This document shows, piece by piece, positions 10,139 through 20,781 of a stretch of 64,000 bases of DNA (positions are counted from its first letter, which is position 1; each line of letters begins with the position of its first letter). The position numbers and the translations under genes are program-made. The notes below the pieces were generated by a model. That model was given only the letters and a program-made list of their open reading frames with translations, did not search any database and had not been told where the DNA came from. The stretch comes from Bryobacterales bacterium (GTDB taxonomy: Bacteria > Acidobacteriota > Terriglobia > Bryobacterales > UBA6623). The stretch lies in contig OY729427.2 in NCBI GenBank assembly GCA_963422375.2, positions 928,001 to 992,000 of the forward strand. The letters run 5' to 3'.

Positions 10139-11599
10139 ATGCTCGGTATACGAGCTGCGGCCTTGGGGCTCGGGCTGCTGGCCTGCGTCGAGCTGCTGCC
10201 CGCCCAAGCCGACTACCGAGTCTACCGGGATCACCCCAGGCTGTTCCTCGACGCCGGGAGGCTGGCAAGGCTGCGCAAGGACGTCAGTCGCCGGACGCAG
10301 CGCTGGCTGTCACTCCGCGCGTTGGCGGATGCGGGGACGCGATTCCCGGAGCGGCCCCTTGTCCACGCCCTGCTGTTCCAAGCCAGCGGATCCGAGGAGT
10401 CCGGCCGCGCCGCGGTCGAATGGAGCCTGGCGCTGGCGGGACGCGGCATAAGGGACGCCAGCGACCTGCGCCTGGCGGCACTCGCCTACGACTGGTGCCA
10501 CGGCCTGCTCGACGAGGGATCGCGCGATGCATTGGGGTCGGCGATGGCCGGAGCCGTCAGCGCCATCCTGCCCCGAGCGGGCCTCGACGTGGGTCTCGTC
10601 AGGGCGGGCGTCCTCGCGTCGATCACCCTGGCGGGGGACTGGGAGGGGGCTGAGCCCGCGCTCGCCGCGCTGATCGGCACGCACTGGGACGGGGACATCC
10701 GCCCCGCCCTGGCAGCGGGAGGGTTGACCGACAGCGGGGCGGACCTAGTCGCCGTGCTTGAAACCAGCCTCGCCGTCCGCCACAACTTGGAGACGGACCT
10801 GCTGCTCCCGGCCACCGAGGCCCTCGCCTCGCTGGTCCGCACCAGGCTGCTGAGCTACTACCCTGTCGACATCGAAACGCCCGAGGGCGTCGCGCGCCGC
10901 CCGTCGCGGTTCGGCGCCGACGATGCCCGGGCCCGCCTGCAAGCGCCGCTGTACCGCCTGGCGGACCTCCTGCTGGTCGCGTACGAAGCGAACCTGCGGG
11001 AGTTCCAGTTCGTGCAGGGCTGGCTGCGCGACGACAGCTATCTGCTGCGATCCCCCATGGCAGCGCCGTACGAGTTCCTGTGGGGCAATCCCTACCTTCC
11101 GGGCCTGACACCCCAGTCGGCCCCGACCCTCGCGCATGACCCCGTCCGGGGGCGCCTGTACGCCAGGGCGGACTGGCAGCGGCCGACGACCTGGATCGGG
11201 TACGCCGACGGGCGGCTGGAGATCCTGTCCGGCGGGCGGGTCGCGGCGAGCGACAGCCTGGAGGGCCTGGCGCCCCTCTACTTTCCCGACGCCGTGGTGG
11301 TGCCGGTCAGGCCCCCGGCAAGGGTCACCCTGTCCTGGCTGCCCGCCGGCGAGCCAGCGCCGGAACAGGCCAAGATCTACATCATCGGCCTGCGAGCGGG
11401 AGAGACCTACGGGCTCAAGGTCGGCCGGCGCCCGCCGCGGCTCGTCGACGCAGGGCCCGGCGGGATTCTCGTCCTGCGCAGCGACCCGAACGCCCCCAAG
11501 CGGAACCGAATCGACCTGCGCCGGAAGGTCCGGCTCGAGTTGCAGCCGACGCTCAAGCCGACCGATCCGACGCGGCCCCGCCCCACGCTCGGCCGTTGA
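10139..11599 (+). CDS. Hypothetical secreted protein
   Basis: 486-aa ORF, signal peptide, DHPRLFL N-terminal motif; divergent from the S8 gene. Confidence 0.75.
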   Translation: MLGIRAAALGLGLLACVELLPAQADYRVYRDHPRLFLDAGRLARLRKDVSRRTQRWLSLRALADAGTRFPERPLVHALLFQASGSEESGRAAVEWSLALAGRGIRDASDLRLAALAYDWCHGLLDEGSRDALGSAMAGAVSAILPRAGLDVGLVRAGVLASITLAGDWEGAEPALAALIGTHWDGDIRPALAAGGLTDSGADLVAVLETSLAVRHNLETDLLLPATEALASLVRTRLLSYYPVDIETPEGVARRPSRFGADDARARLQAPLYRLADLLLVAYEANLREFQFVQGWLRDDSYLLRSPMAAPYEFLWGNPYLPGLTPQSAPTLAHDPVRGRLYARADWQRPTTWIGYADGRLEILSGGRVAASDSLEGLAPLYFPDAVVVPVRPPARVTLSWLPAGEPAPEQAKIYIIGLRAGETYGLKVGRRPPRLVDAGPGGILVLRSDPNAPKRNRIDLRRKVRLELQPTLKPTDPTRPRPTLGR

Positions 11600-11615
11600 A
11601 TCAGGCGCGCCCCGC

Positions 11616-12296
11616 TCAGGCCGCCCGGCGGGCGGAAGGGCAGAGAGCATTCAGACCGCACTCCTCGCAGCTAGGCTTGCGCGCGCGGCAGACCCTGCGA
11701 CCGTGGTGGATGACCTGGTGCGAGAAAGGCACCCAGCGCGTCCGCGGCAGCAATTCCATCAGGACCTTCTCGATCTTCTTCGGATCCTCGTGCTTCGCCA
11801 GCCCCAGGCGGCGCGAGATCCGCCGCACGTGCGTGTCGACGACCACGCCCGTCGCCTTGCCGAACCACGTGCCTGTCACCACATTGGCGGTCTTCCGCGC
11901 GACTCCGGGCAGGGTCAGCAGCTGCTCCATCCTGGAAGGCACCCGGCCGTGGAACTCCGTCACGATCCGCTGGGCCGAGCCTTTCAGCGACTTCGCCTTG
12001 TTGCGAAAGAACCCGGTGCTGCGAACCAGCTCCTCGATCCTCTCGATCGGAGCCGCGGCCATCGCGGCGACGGTCGGATAAGCCGCGAAGAGGCCGGGCG
12101 TGACTTGGTTGACGCGGTCGTCGGTGCATTGGGCCGAGAGGATCGTCGCCACGAGGAGCTCCCACGCGCTGCCGTGCCGCAAGGCGCACTCGGCTCGCGG
12201 ATAGTCCCTGTCCAGCTGCCGGACAATCTTCCGCGCACGGCGCTTCCGGGCCTCGTCGGATTCGGCCGGCGCGTCCGAGGCGTGCATCGAGGCCAT
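11616..12296 (-). CDS. nth: Endonuclease III
   Basis: LLVATILSAQCTD, LPGVARKTANVV HhH motif, VVDTHV, C-x6-C-x2-C-x5-C Fe-S motif. Confidence 0.96.
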   Translation of the reverse strand: MASMHASDAPAESDEARKRRARKIVRQLDRDYPRAECALRHGSAWELLVATILSAQCTDDRVNQVTPGLFAAYPTVAAMAAAPIERIEELVRSTGFFRNKAKSLKGSAQRIVTEFHGRVPSRMEQLLTLPGVARKTANVVTGTWFGKATGVVVDTHVRRISRRLGLAKHEDPKKIEKVLMELLPRTRWVPFSHQVIHHGRRVCRARKPSCEECGLNALCPSARRAA

Positions 12297-12318
12297 GGTA
12301 GACGACCGCCCGCCGGGA

Positions 12319-13860
12319 CTAGCCCCGGCGGAGCGTTGCCCGCAGCTCCGTCTCGTACGCGGAAAGCTCCGCATCCTCGCGCGCCGCGCTCCAGCCCAGG
12401 GCCGACCGGCAGATCGCGGCGGCGGCTTCCGCCCAGCGCGGCTCGTAGTCCGGATCGTGAGCGAGCCCCGTGCGCCGCAGCAGGATGTCGCCAAGCGTGC
12501 GCGCCTTCTCCCTCTGCACGGCGAAGAGCACCTCGCCGCGCGTGACTTCGCACCCGCGGGCAAGCGGCCGCGCCAGCTCCGGGGCCGACTCCAGGAAGCG
12601 CAGCAGCGCGGGAGCGCGCGGGCCGTACATCGACGCGACCCGCGGCGGCACGCCGTCCAGTCGAGGAATCGCGGAGATGGCGCCGGCGCGCGACGCCGGC
12701 AGGCGCAATTTGCGCCGGGCCTGGCGCAGGGTCCGGGCAGCGAGCGACGGGGCGGTGGTGAGCTTCCCGCCGGCCATGGTAATCAGACCCAGGATGCGGT
12801 CGTCCCGCTCGTGGTCGACAACGGCGTAGCCGCGCGTCGCCCGGTTCAGGTCGCCCGCGGGCGCCCGCAAGAGGGGCCGCGAGCCGGAATACGAGTAGAG
12901 GATCGACTGGGGCCCTACCGCGGCACCGGGACACAGGTCGTTGGTCTCGGCGAGGAGGTAGAGAATTTCCTCGGCCAAGGGAATCGCGCTGTCGGGACTG
13001 CCCGCGAATCTCGTCTCCGTCGTCCCAATAAGGTAGAGCCCCCGCCACGGCACGATGAAGAACGGACGGCCGTCCGAACGCGCCTCGCGGTACACGGCGT
13101 GCCGTGGCGCACCGGGAAAGGCCCTGATGACAATGTGCGCTCCGTTCACGAGCGCCAGCAGCGGACGCGCCCGGAACGGGTCCAAGAGTCCGAGCACGCG
13201 GTCGACCCACGCCCCCGCGGCGTTCACGACGAGCCCTGCGGAGAGCTCTCCCGCGGCCCCCTCACGCTCGAACCGCACTCCCAGGACGCGCGGGCCGTCC
13301 ATCAGGAAACCCGTGACGCGGGCGTGATTGCAGACCTCGGCACCGTTCTCCTCGGCCTGGAGCGCCATCTCGAGGGCGAGCCGCTCCGGGTAGGCGGCTT
13401 GGCAGTCGTAATACGCAAAGCCCCCCCGCAGGCCGCGCGGATTCAGGCCGGGCGCGATCACGAGCGCCTCGCGGGCGCTCACCAAGCGGTGATGGGGCAA
13501 GCGTCCGCCGGCGGAAAGGCCCTCGTATACGGCCATCCCCAATGCGAGGTACCACGGCGGCCGGGAATCGCCCGCATACACCGGGAGCAGGAAGGCCTGC
13601 GGCGCGACCTGGCCCGGGAACTCGCGCAGCAGGACCTCGCGGTCGCGCAGCGACTCGCGCACCAGCGAGAACTGGAAGCGCTCCAAATAGCGCAGCCCGC
13701 CGTGGATCAGGCGCGTGGAGCGGCTGGTGGTCCCGGATCCGAAATCGCGCTTCTCAAGCAGGACCGTCCGAAAGCCGCTCCGCGCAGCCGCGCGAGCCAG
13801 CGCGCAGCCGTTGATGCCGCCGCCGACTATAGCCAAGTCATAATGGCCCGTTGCGACCAT
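12319..13860 (-). CDS. glpD: FAD-dependent glycerol-3-phosphate dehydrogenase
   Basis: IVGGGING, GTTSRSTRLIHGGLRYL, VVNAAGAW, GGKLTT. Confidence 0.92.
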   Translation of the reverse strand: MVATGHYDLAIVGGGINGCALARAAARSGFRTVLLEKRDFGSGTTSRSTRLIHGGLRYLERFQFSLVRESLRDREVLLREFPGQVAPQAFLLPVYAGDSRPPWYLALGMAVYEGLSAGGRLPHHRLVSAREALVIAPGLNPRGLRGGFAYYDCQAAYPERLALEMALQAEENGAEVCNHARVTGFLMDGPRVLGVRFEREGAAGELSAGLVVNAAGAWVDRVLGLLDPFRARPLLALVNGAHIVIRAFPGAPRHAVYREARSDGRPFFIVPWRGLYLIGTTETRFAGSPDSAIPLAEEILYLLAETNDLCPGAAVGPQSILYSYSGSRPLLRAPAGDLNRATRGYAVVDHERDDRILGLITMAGGKLTTAPSLAARTLRQARRKLRLPASRAGAISAIPRLDGVPPRVASMYGPRAPALLRFLESAPELARPLARGCEVTRGEVLFAVQREKARTLGDILLRRTGLAHDPDYEPRWAEAAAAICRSALGWSAAREDAELSAYETELRATLRRG

Positions 13861-13933
13861 TTTTCAACATAGCAGCGGCCCGCAAGGGATCCGCGGCCCG
13901 TGCAGGCGCTCGGCCGTGAGATCGGAATGATTC

Positions 13934-14863
13934 GTGGCCGAGCTGCGCACGGACCTTTGCGGCATCGGACTGCGGAATCCCGTCATCGCCGCCAGCGGAA
14001 CATTCGGCTACGGCCTGGAGTTCGAGACGCAGGCGGACCCGGGGCGCCTAGGGGCGATCGCGGTCAAGGGCATCTCGCGCGAGCCGCTCGAAGGAAACCC
14101 GGCCCCGCGCCTGGCCGAGACCGCCTCGGGCATGCTGAATTCGGTCGGGTTGCAGAACGTCGGGGTCCGGGCGTTCGCGCGGGACAAGCTGCCACGGCTC
14201 GCCCGGCTCGGCGTCCCGGTCATCGCCAACGTATTCGGGTTCCGCATCGAGGATTACGTCGAAGTCCTGCGGGTTCTCGAGGACCAAGACGGCCTGGCGG
14301 CCTACGAGCTCAACGTCTCCTGCCCCAACACGCATCGCGGCGGACTCGAGTTCGGGTCCAGCGCCGCGGCATTGCACGAAGCCGTCGCGGCGGCGAGGTC
14401 GGCCGTCCGGCGGCGGCCGCTGCTGGTCAAGCTCTCTCCGAACGTCGCGGACATCGCGGACATGGCCAGAGCAGCGGTCGCGGCGGGCGCGGACGGGCTC
14501 AGCCTGATCAACACCCTGCGCGGCCTCGCCGTCGACGCCCGGTCGGGGCGGCCCCTGCTCGGCACCGGCTACGGCGGCCTGTCGGGCCCGGCGATCAAGC
14601 CCGTCGCGCTGTACATGGTGCATAGGGTCGCGCAAGCCGTCGACGTGCCGGTCGTGGGCATGGGCGGGGCGGCAACGGCGGACGACGTTGCGGAGTTCAT
14701 CCTGTGCGGAGCCGCAGCGGTACAAGTCGGCACCGCCAGCTTCTGGGATCCGGGTCGGACAGCGGCGCTGGCCGGGGAACTCGGTGCGTTCCTCGACGGC
14801 GCGGGCTGGACGAGCGTCGACGAGATGCGCGGGGCGCTCGAGTTCCCGCGCCGCGATGCCTAG
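13934..14863 (+). CDS. pyrD: Dihydroorotate dehydrogenase (family 1)
   Basis: ASGTFG, GMLNSVGLQN, ELNVSCPN, KLSPN, GGLSGPAIKP. Confidence 0.96.
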   Translation: MAELRTDLCGIGLRNPVIAASGTFGYGLEFETQADPGRLGAIAVKGISREPLEGNPAPRLAETASGMLNSVGLQNVGVRAFARDKLPRLARLGVPVIANVFGFRIEDYVEVLRVLEDQDGLAAYELNVSCPNTHRGGLEFGSSAAALHEAVAAARSAVRRRPLLVKLSPNVADIADMARAAVAAGADGLSLINTLRGLAVDARSGRPLLGTGYGGLSGPAIKPVALYMVHRVAQAVDVPVVGMGGAATADDVAEFILCGAAAVQVGTASFWDPGRTAALAGELGAFLDGAGWTSVDEMRGALEFPRRDA

Positions 14864-16697
14864 CGCCGGCAGGTCGCGCTTCTCGCCGCCGTTGCGCCCC
14901 GCCTGGCAACCTGCTACGGTCTCTCTAGAGCTCGACGTCACCTACAGCCTCTCGCGTCGCACGGCGGTCGCGAGTAACGGGGTTGGATATGGCCTGCAGG
15001 CTCATGGCTCTTTGCCTCTTGGCAGCGCTCGGTGTCTGTCAAGCCCAGCTGGCCGAAGCGGGCGACAGCGCTTCGCTGCGAGGTCCGGCGGCGGAGCAGC
15101 CCGGTCCAGCAAGTGCTGGCGCGGGGCGACGCAGGGGCGGCCGGCTCGCTCTCCGAGCTCCAGGCCGGCGAGATCGAGAAGCTCCTGGAGCAGCTCGCCG
15201 AAGGACTCGTCTCCGGCACTCCGATCTCGCGCGACAGCGTCGCCCCGGACTTTCGCGGCACGCCGCTCGGCCCGGCAGCTGAGGAGCTAGCCCGTTCGCA
15301 GGACGGGCTGGAGACGTTCCGCGGCACGCCGCCTACCGATCCGTCGATCACGCCAAGTTCAAGATCGTGAGCATCGAGCCGCGGGGCGAGAACGCCGCGC
15401 GCACGACCTTGCGTTTCCAGCTGTCGGGCGCGACGAACGGGGGGCATCGCGAGCAGCTCGACGCCGAGTGGCGCTGCGACTGGCGGAAATCGCCCTTGGG
15501 CCAACGGCAGCTGGCGGGACTGGCGGCCGGCCCGAGCGAGCGAAGCCGCGCAACGGTCGCGGTATTCAACGATGTCTCGGAGTCGGCCTTCGGACATAAC
15601 GCTTCCTACCAGCGGCAGCTGAAATTCGGCACGCAAGTCTGGCGGACCAGAATGGACGCCGCCTCGGGCATGGACGTCTACGGCCAGCGGGGACTGGCGG
15701 TCGGGGACTTCAACGGGGACGGGCTCGAGGACTTCTACCTCACGCAGCCGGGGGGACTACCGAACCGGCTGTTCCGCAACCTAGGCCACGGAAGCTTCGC
15801 CGACTTCAGCGCCGAGGCCGGCGTCGACGCCCTGGACGGCTCCTCGGCCGCGTTCTTCGCGGACATCGACAACAACGGGACGCAAGACCTGATCGTCATC
15901 CTTTCCGTCGGCCATCCGATCCTGTTCCTGAACGACGGACGCGGCACGTTCCGGCTGTCGCCGGACGGATTTCCCCCGGGCGTCAAGCCGGGGGCGGTCG
16001 GCGGCTGCATCGGAGACTACGATCGCGACGGATTCCTGGATCTGTACGTGACCGCGTATCTGTGGCCGAACGCGGCCTCGCAGCTCCCGCGCCCCTACTA
16101 CGACGCCACGAACGGCCCCCCGAACGTTCTCTACCGCAATCCGGGGACCGGCGCGTTCGAGAACGCGACGGCCGACGCGGGGCTGGAGGAGAACAACGAC
16201 CGGTTCAGCCACGCATGCGCCTGGGGCGATTACGACCAGGACGGATGGCCCGATCTCTTCGTGGCCAACGACTTCGGCCGCAAGAACGTCTATCGCAACC
16301 GAGGCGACGGAGGCTTCCGGGACATCGCCGCGGAGGCAGGCATCGAGGATCCCGGAGCCGGCATGAGCGTCGCGCTGGGCGACTACGACGGCGACGGGAG
16401 GGAGGACGTCTATTTCGGCAACATGTGGTCGTCGGCGGGGCGCCGGGTCACGGCGCAGCGGGACTTCAAGAGCGCCAGCCCCGGGGCCCCACGCACATTT
16501 ACCGCCGGCATGCGCGCGGCAACTCCCTGTACCGGAACGAGCTCCGCCGCTTCGCCGACGTAACTCTCGAGTCCGGCGTGGAACTGGGCCGCTGGGCGTG
16601 GTGCTCGGACTTCGTGGACTTCGACAACGACGGCCGTCTCGACATCTACGTCGTCAACGGCTTCGTCACCGGGACCGAGGGACAGGCCCCCGATCTT

Positions 16698-16729
16698 TGA
16701 AGCTTCTTCTGGCGGCAGGTCGTGTCGTC
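16698..16729 (+). promoter_or_regulatory. In-frame UGA plus putative bacterial SECIS hairpin
   Basis: TGA 16698-16700; stem GGCGGCA (16711-16717) / TGTCGTC (16723-16729); loop GGTCG starting 17 nt after UGA. Confidence 0.6.
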
Positions 16730-17714
16730 CTCCCCCGAGGATCGCGCCCGCTCCTCGCGATACGAGCGCAGCTGGGCGCTGCTCTACAGGCTGATCCGCC
16801 TCAGCGGGCACGAGCGGAACGTGCTGTACTGGAATCGCGGCGACGGCACCTTCGCGGACCTGTCGGCGGTCGCCGGCCTGGACTTCCCCGAGGACGGCCG
16901 CGCGTTCGTCACGTTCGATTTCGACCGCGACGGAGATCTCGACATCCTCCTGAACAATCGGAACTCCCCGCAGTTGCGGCTGCTGCGCAACGACTTCGCG
17001 ACATCCCATTCCTCCGTGGCCGTCCGGCTCGAGGGCACCGAGAGCAACCGGGACGGCATCGGCGCGAGGCCGGTGCTCGAGACCGCCTCCGGGCGGCGCC
17101 TCGCGAGATCCGTGCGCAGCGGCTCGGGCTTCCGGTCGCAGCCCTCCCGGACGGCGCATTTCGGCCTGGGCAGCGAAGAAGAGGTCGGCGAGCTCACGAT
17201 TCACTGGCCGTCGGGGCGGCGGGACCGCCACCGGGGGGTCCCGGCCGGACACCTCGTGTCCCTGAAGGAAGGGAGGCGCGACGTAGCCGCGGTTCCGTTC
17301 GAGGCCCCGACCGCGACCGCGCCGCCCGCCCGCCGGAGCCCGCACGACCGCCGAGCCGAACGGGCGTCTGGCTGACGGAGGCCACCCCGGCCCCGCAGCT
17401 GCGCGGACGGACGCTGGACGGCGAGCGGATTCGCCCGGAAGCTTACCGCGGCCGGCGGCTGCTGCTCAATTTCTGGGCGACCTGGTGCGCGCCGTGCAAC
17501 ACCGAGCTGGCGGACTTCGCCCAGCACCGCGCCGATTTCGAACGCGCCTCGCTGCTGCCGTTGCTAGTGTCGGTCGACGAGCCGGGCGAGGTCGAGACCG
17601 TGGGCCGCTACGCGCGAGAGAAGCAGCTGCCGTTCCCGGTCCTGCTTCCCGACAAGGGCACCGTGACCGCGTTCGACCTGCTGGTCCGCCATGTTCTCGA
17701 CCAGTCGGCCGAGC

Positions 17715-17752
17715 TGGCGGTCCCCAGCACGTTTGGCGATCCCCAGCACGTT
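17715..17752 (+). repeat. 19-bp tandem duplication causing a frameshift
   Basis: TGGCGGTCCCCAGCACGTT followed by TGGCGATCCCCAGCACGTT (1 mismatch). Confidence 0.9.
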
Positions 17753-19186
17753 TCTCTTCGACGAGAGGGGCAGGATCGTGTGGCTCTACCTCGGCCTGAC
17801 GCCCGCGCAGCGGATTCTGGCCGACGCGGAGAGCTGGCCGGCCGGCGGCTCCGGGTTGCTCGAGCGGGACCTGCCCTTTCCCGGACGGGCCTACGTAACC
17901 CGATTCGAGCGGAACTGGGTCCAGCTCGCGGACGCGTACGCCGCGGCCGGCCTGCGGGACGAGGCGGTGGCGACCCTCGAGCACGCCGTCGAAGCCCACC
18001 CTCAGCACGCGGCCAGCCTCGACCGGCTCGGGAGCCTGTACGCCGAGCAGGGCCGCTGGCAGGAAGCGCGGGAGAGGCACAGGGCGGCGGTCGAACTGGG
18101 GTTGCCGGGCGGCGCAGCGCAGATTCACCTCGCCACCGCGCTGGCGGAGCTGGGAAGGCTGTCCGAGGCTCGGGCAGCCGCCACGGAGGCGCTCGCACAG
18201 TTTCCGGAGGACGCGGACACGCTGCGCGTCTGGGGCGCGGTCGCCTCGCGCCAAGGGACTTCGAGAGCGCCTTGCCCGCACTGGTCGCCGCGCGCCGGAT
18301 CGATCCCGACAACGCCGCGGTCCACTACAACCTCGGCTGGCTGCATGTGCAGGCGGGACGGACCCGCGAGGCGACCGCATCCCTGCTGAAGGCGGTCGAG
18401 CTGGAGCCCGGGCATGCCAACGCCCTGCACGATCTCGGCATCCTGCACGCCCGAGCCGGGGCGTGGGAGGAGGCCGCGCAATCGCTCCGCGAGGCCATCG
18501 CGTCGGAGCCGGGCCTCGCGGAAGCGCACTACAGCCTTGGCATGGTCCATGCGCGGCAGGGAGACTTCAAGCGAGCCGAGGAGGCCCTGCGGGAGACCTT
18601 GAAGATCCGCGGTGAATACGCCCAAGCCCTCACCGACCTAGGGGCCGTCTACATCGCGACGCGCCGGTACCGCGAGTCCCTAGCCCTGCTGGAGCGAGCC
18701 CGCCGGGCCCAGCCCCAACTCGGCCAGTCCTACTTGAACGCCGCCAAGGCCCATCTAGCCTTGGGAGACGTAACGGGCGCGGTCGCCAGCTTGGACGCCC
18801 TCCTCAGCGTGCATCCCGGCGATCCGAGCGCGCTCGCCCTCAAGGAGCGCTTGCAGGCGCCATGACCGCGCGCGCAGGCGGCGTCCCCGGTCCGAACGCG
18901 GGGCGCTCTAGGTCCCATCGAGGATCCGGTCACCGCAATCCAGGCGAACGCGGGCTCCTCTTCAGCCAACCGTTTCGGCCCGCTCGGAGGGTCCCTCGAC
19001 GAGAGTCCGCAAGACGTCATCCGGCACCGCGCATGCAGCGCGAACGCCGCGTCTCGCATCCTCCTCAACGGTTGGGAAGCGCGTTGGCCTACCGCCGGTC
19101 TCCTTGCGACCGCTCCTTGAATGACCCGCGGATCGGGCTGCGGTAAGCCGTCGCGACGGAACGTTCCCGCGGGTATACTTCGAACG

Positions 19187-20781
19187 ATGCCAGAGGGGCG
19201 CCGCGCACTGTTCGCGCTGTGGCTGCTCGCGTCTGCCCACGGGTCCCCGCGCGATCCGACCGTCCTCCCTCCGCCGCCGTCCGCGCACGCCGCTCCGGGC
19301 GTCGCGTTCGAAGATGTCACTTCGTCCGCCGGCCTGGGCTCGTTCGAACACCGCGCCGGATCTCCCGACAAGCCATACCTGCCCGAAACCATCGGCTCGG
19401 GCGTAGCGCTTTTCGACTACGACAACGACGGCTGGCTGGACGCGTACCTGCTCAGCTCCCTGTCCGAAGAGGCGCGCCGGGGAATCGCCCGGCCTAACCC
19501 GTCCGTGCTCTTTCGCAACAATCGCGACGGCACGTTCACGGACGTCACCGCGCAGGCCGGCGTCGCGAACGAGCGCTGGGGGGTCGGCACCTGCGCCGGG
19601 GACGTCAACAACGATGGCTGGACGGATCTCTTCGTCACCAATTTCGGCAAGAGCCGGCTCTATCTGAACGGCGGCGACGGAACTTTCGAGGACACCGCGG
19701 CGGAAGCCGGGGTTCAGGTCGACGCCTGGTCGACGGGATGCGCCTTCGGCGATTACGACGCGGACGGCCTGCTTGACCTCTACGTGGCTAGCTACGTCGA
19801 CTTCCGCTGGGATGATCCCCCGCCCCCGGGGGCTCCGCCGGGCAGCTGCCAGCGGAGGGTCGCGCGGCAGCGCATCCGACCGGCGGCGAGCCTGCGACCG
19901 GCGCCGCCTACAGCCCCGGCATGCCGGTCTGCGTGTACTTCGGGGTGCCCGTCGCGTGCGGTCCCAAGGGCCTGCCCCCGCAAGCCGACACGCTTTTTCG
20001 CAACGAAGGCGACGGCCGATTCCGCGACGTCACCCGGAAATCGCGCCTGAGTGAGGCACGCCCCAGTTACGGACTGGCAGTCGCGTGGGTCGATCCCGAC
20101 GACGACGGCCATCCCGACATCGTCGTGGCCAACGACTCGATGCCGAACTTCCTGCACCGCAACCTAGGAGACGGCACCTTCGAGGAGATCGGCGTGCTCA
20201 GCGGCCTAGGCACGAACGGGGACGGCCACGACCAAGCCTACATGGGCGTCGCCGTCGGGGACTACTCCCGCGACGGCCGCAGCGACTTCTTCTTCACCAC
20301 CTTCTCCGGTGACAACTACACGCTGCATCGCAACAACGGCGACCTAGACTTCAGCGACGTCACGCTGCAATCCGGGCTGCTGGCGGCGACGCTTCCGTTC
20401 CTCGGCTGGGGCACCACGTTCCTCGACTACGACAACGACGGCTGGCTCGACATCCTCGCGGCCAACGGCCATATCTTCCCCCAGGCGGACCCCGCGACGT
20501 GGGGGACGTCGTACGGGCAGAGGACCCTGCTGTTCCGCAACCTGCGCGACGGCAGGTTCGCTGACGTCTCGGGAAGCGTCGGGGCCGGCTTCGCGCGGCC
20601 CAGGAATTCCAGGGGAGCCGCGGTCGGGGATCTGTTCAACGACGGCAGCGTCGACGTGGTCATAAACAACCTGGACGGCCGCCCCACCGTGCTCCTGGCC
20701 AGGATCTACCTCGACGGGCGCAGCCTGGAGCTTGCGGAGGCCACGGTGCAGCGCGCGATCGAAGTCCAACCGCATAGCTAG
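19187..20781 (+). pseudogene. CRTAC1/FG-GAP family protein, frameshifted and C-terminally truncated
   Basis: YLPETIGSGVALFDYDNDG, GDVNNDG, VACGPKGL, LDYDNDGWLD; frame change between about 19840 and 19915; ASPIC domain missing after NNLDGRPTVLL. Confidence 0.85.

Larger units (their letters stand above)
14989..18865 (+). pseudogene. Secreted FG-GAP/CRTAC1 + ASPIC/UnbV + thioredoxin-like (WCAPC) + TPR multidomain gene, about 6 frameshifts, with an in-frame UGA (candidate selenocysteine)
   Basis: Consecutive ORF pieces in different frames join into one protein: signal peptide; GDFNGDG/GDYDRDG repeats; GFRSQ..HFGLG..IHWPSG ASPIC; NFWATWCAPC; TPRs. Shifts near 15100, 15350, 16490, 17330, 17715-17752 and 18255. 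Confidence 0.88.
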
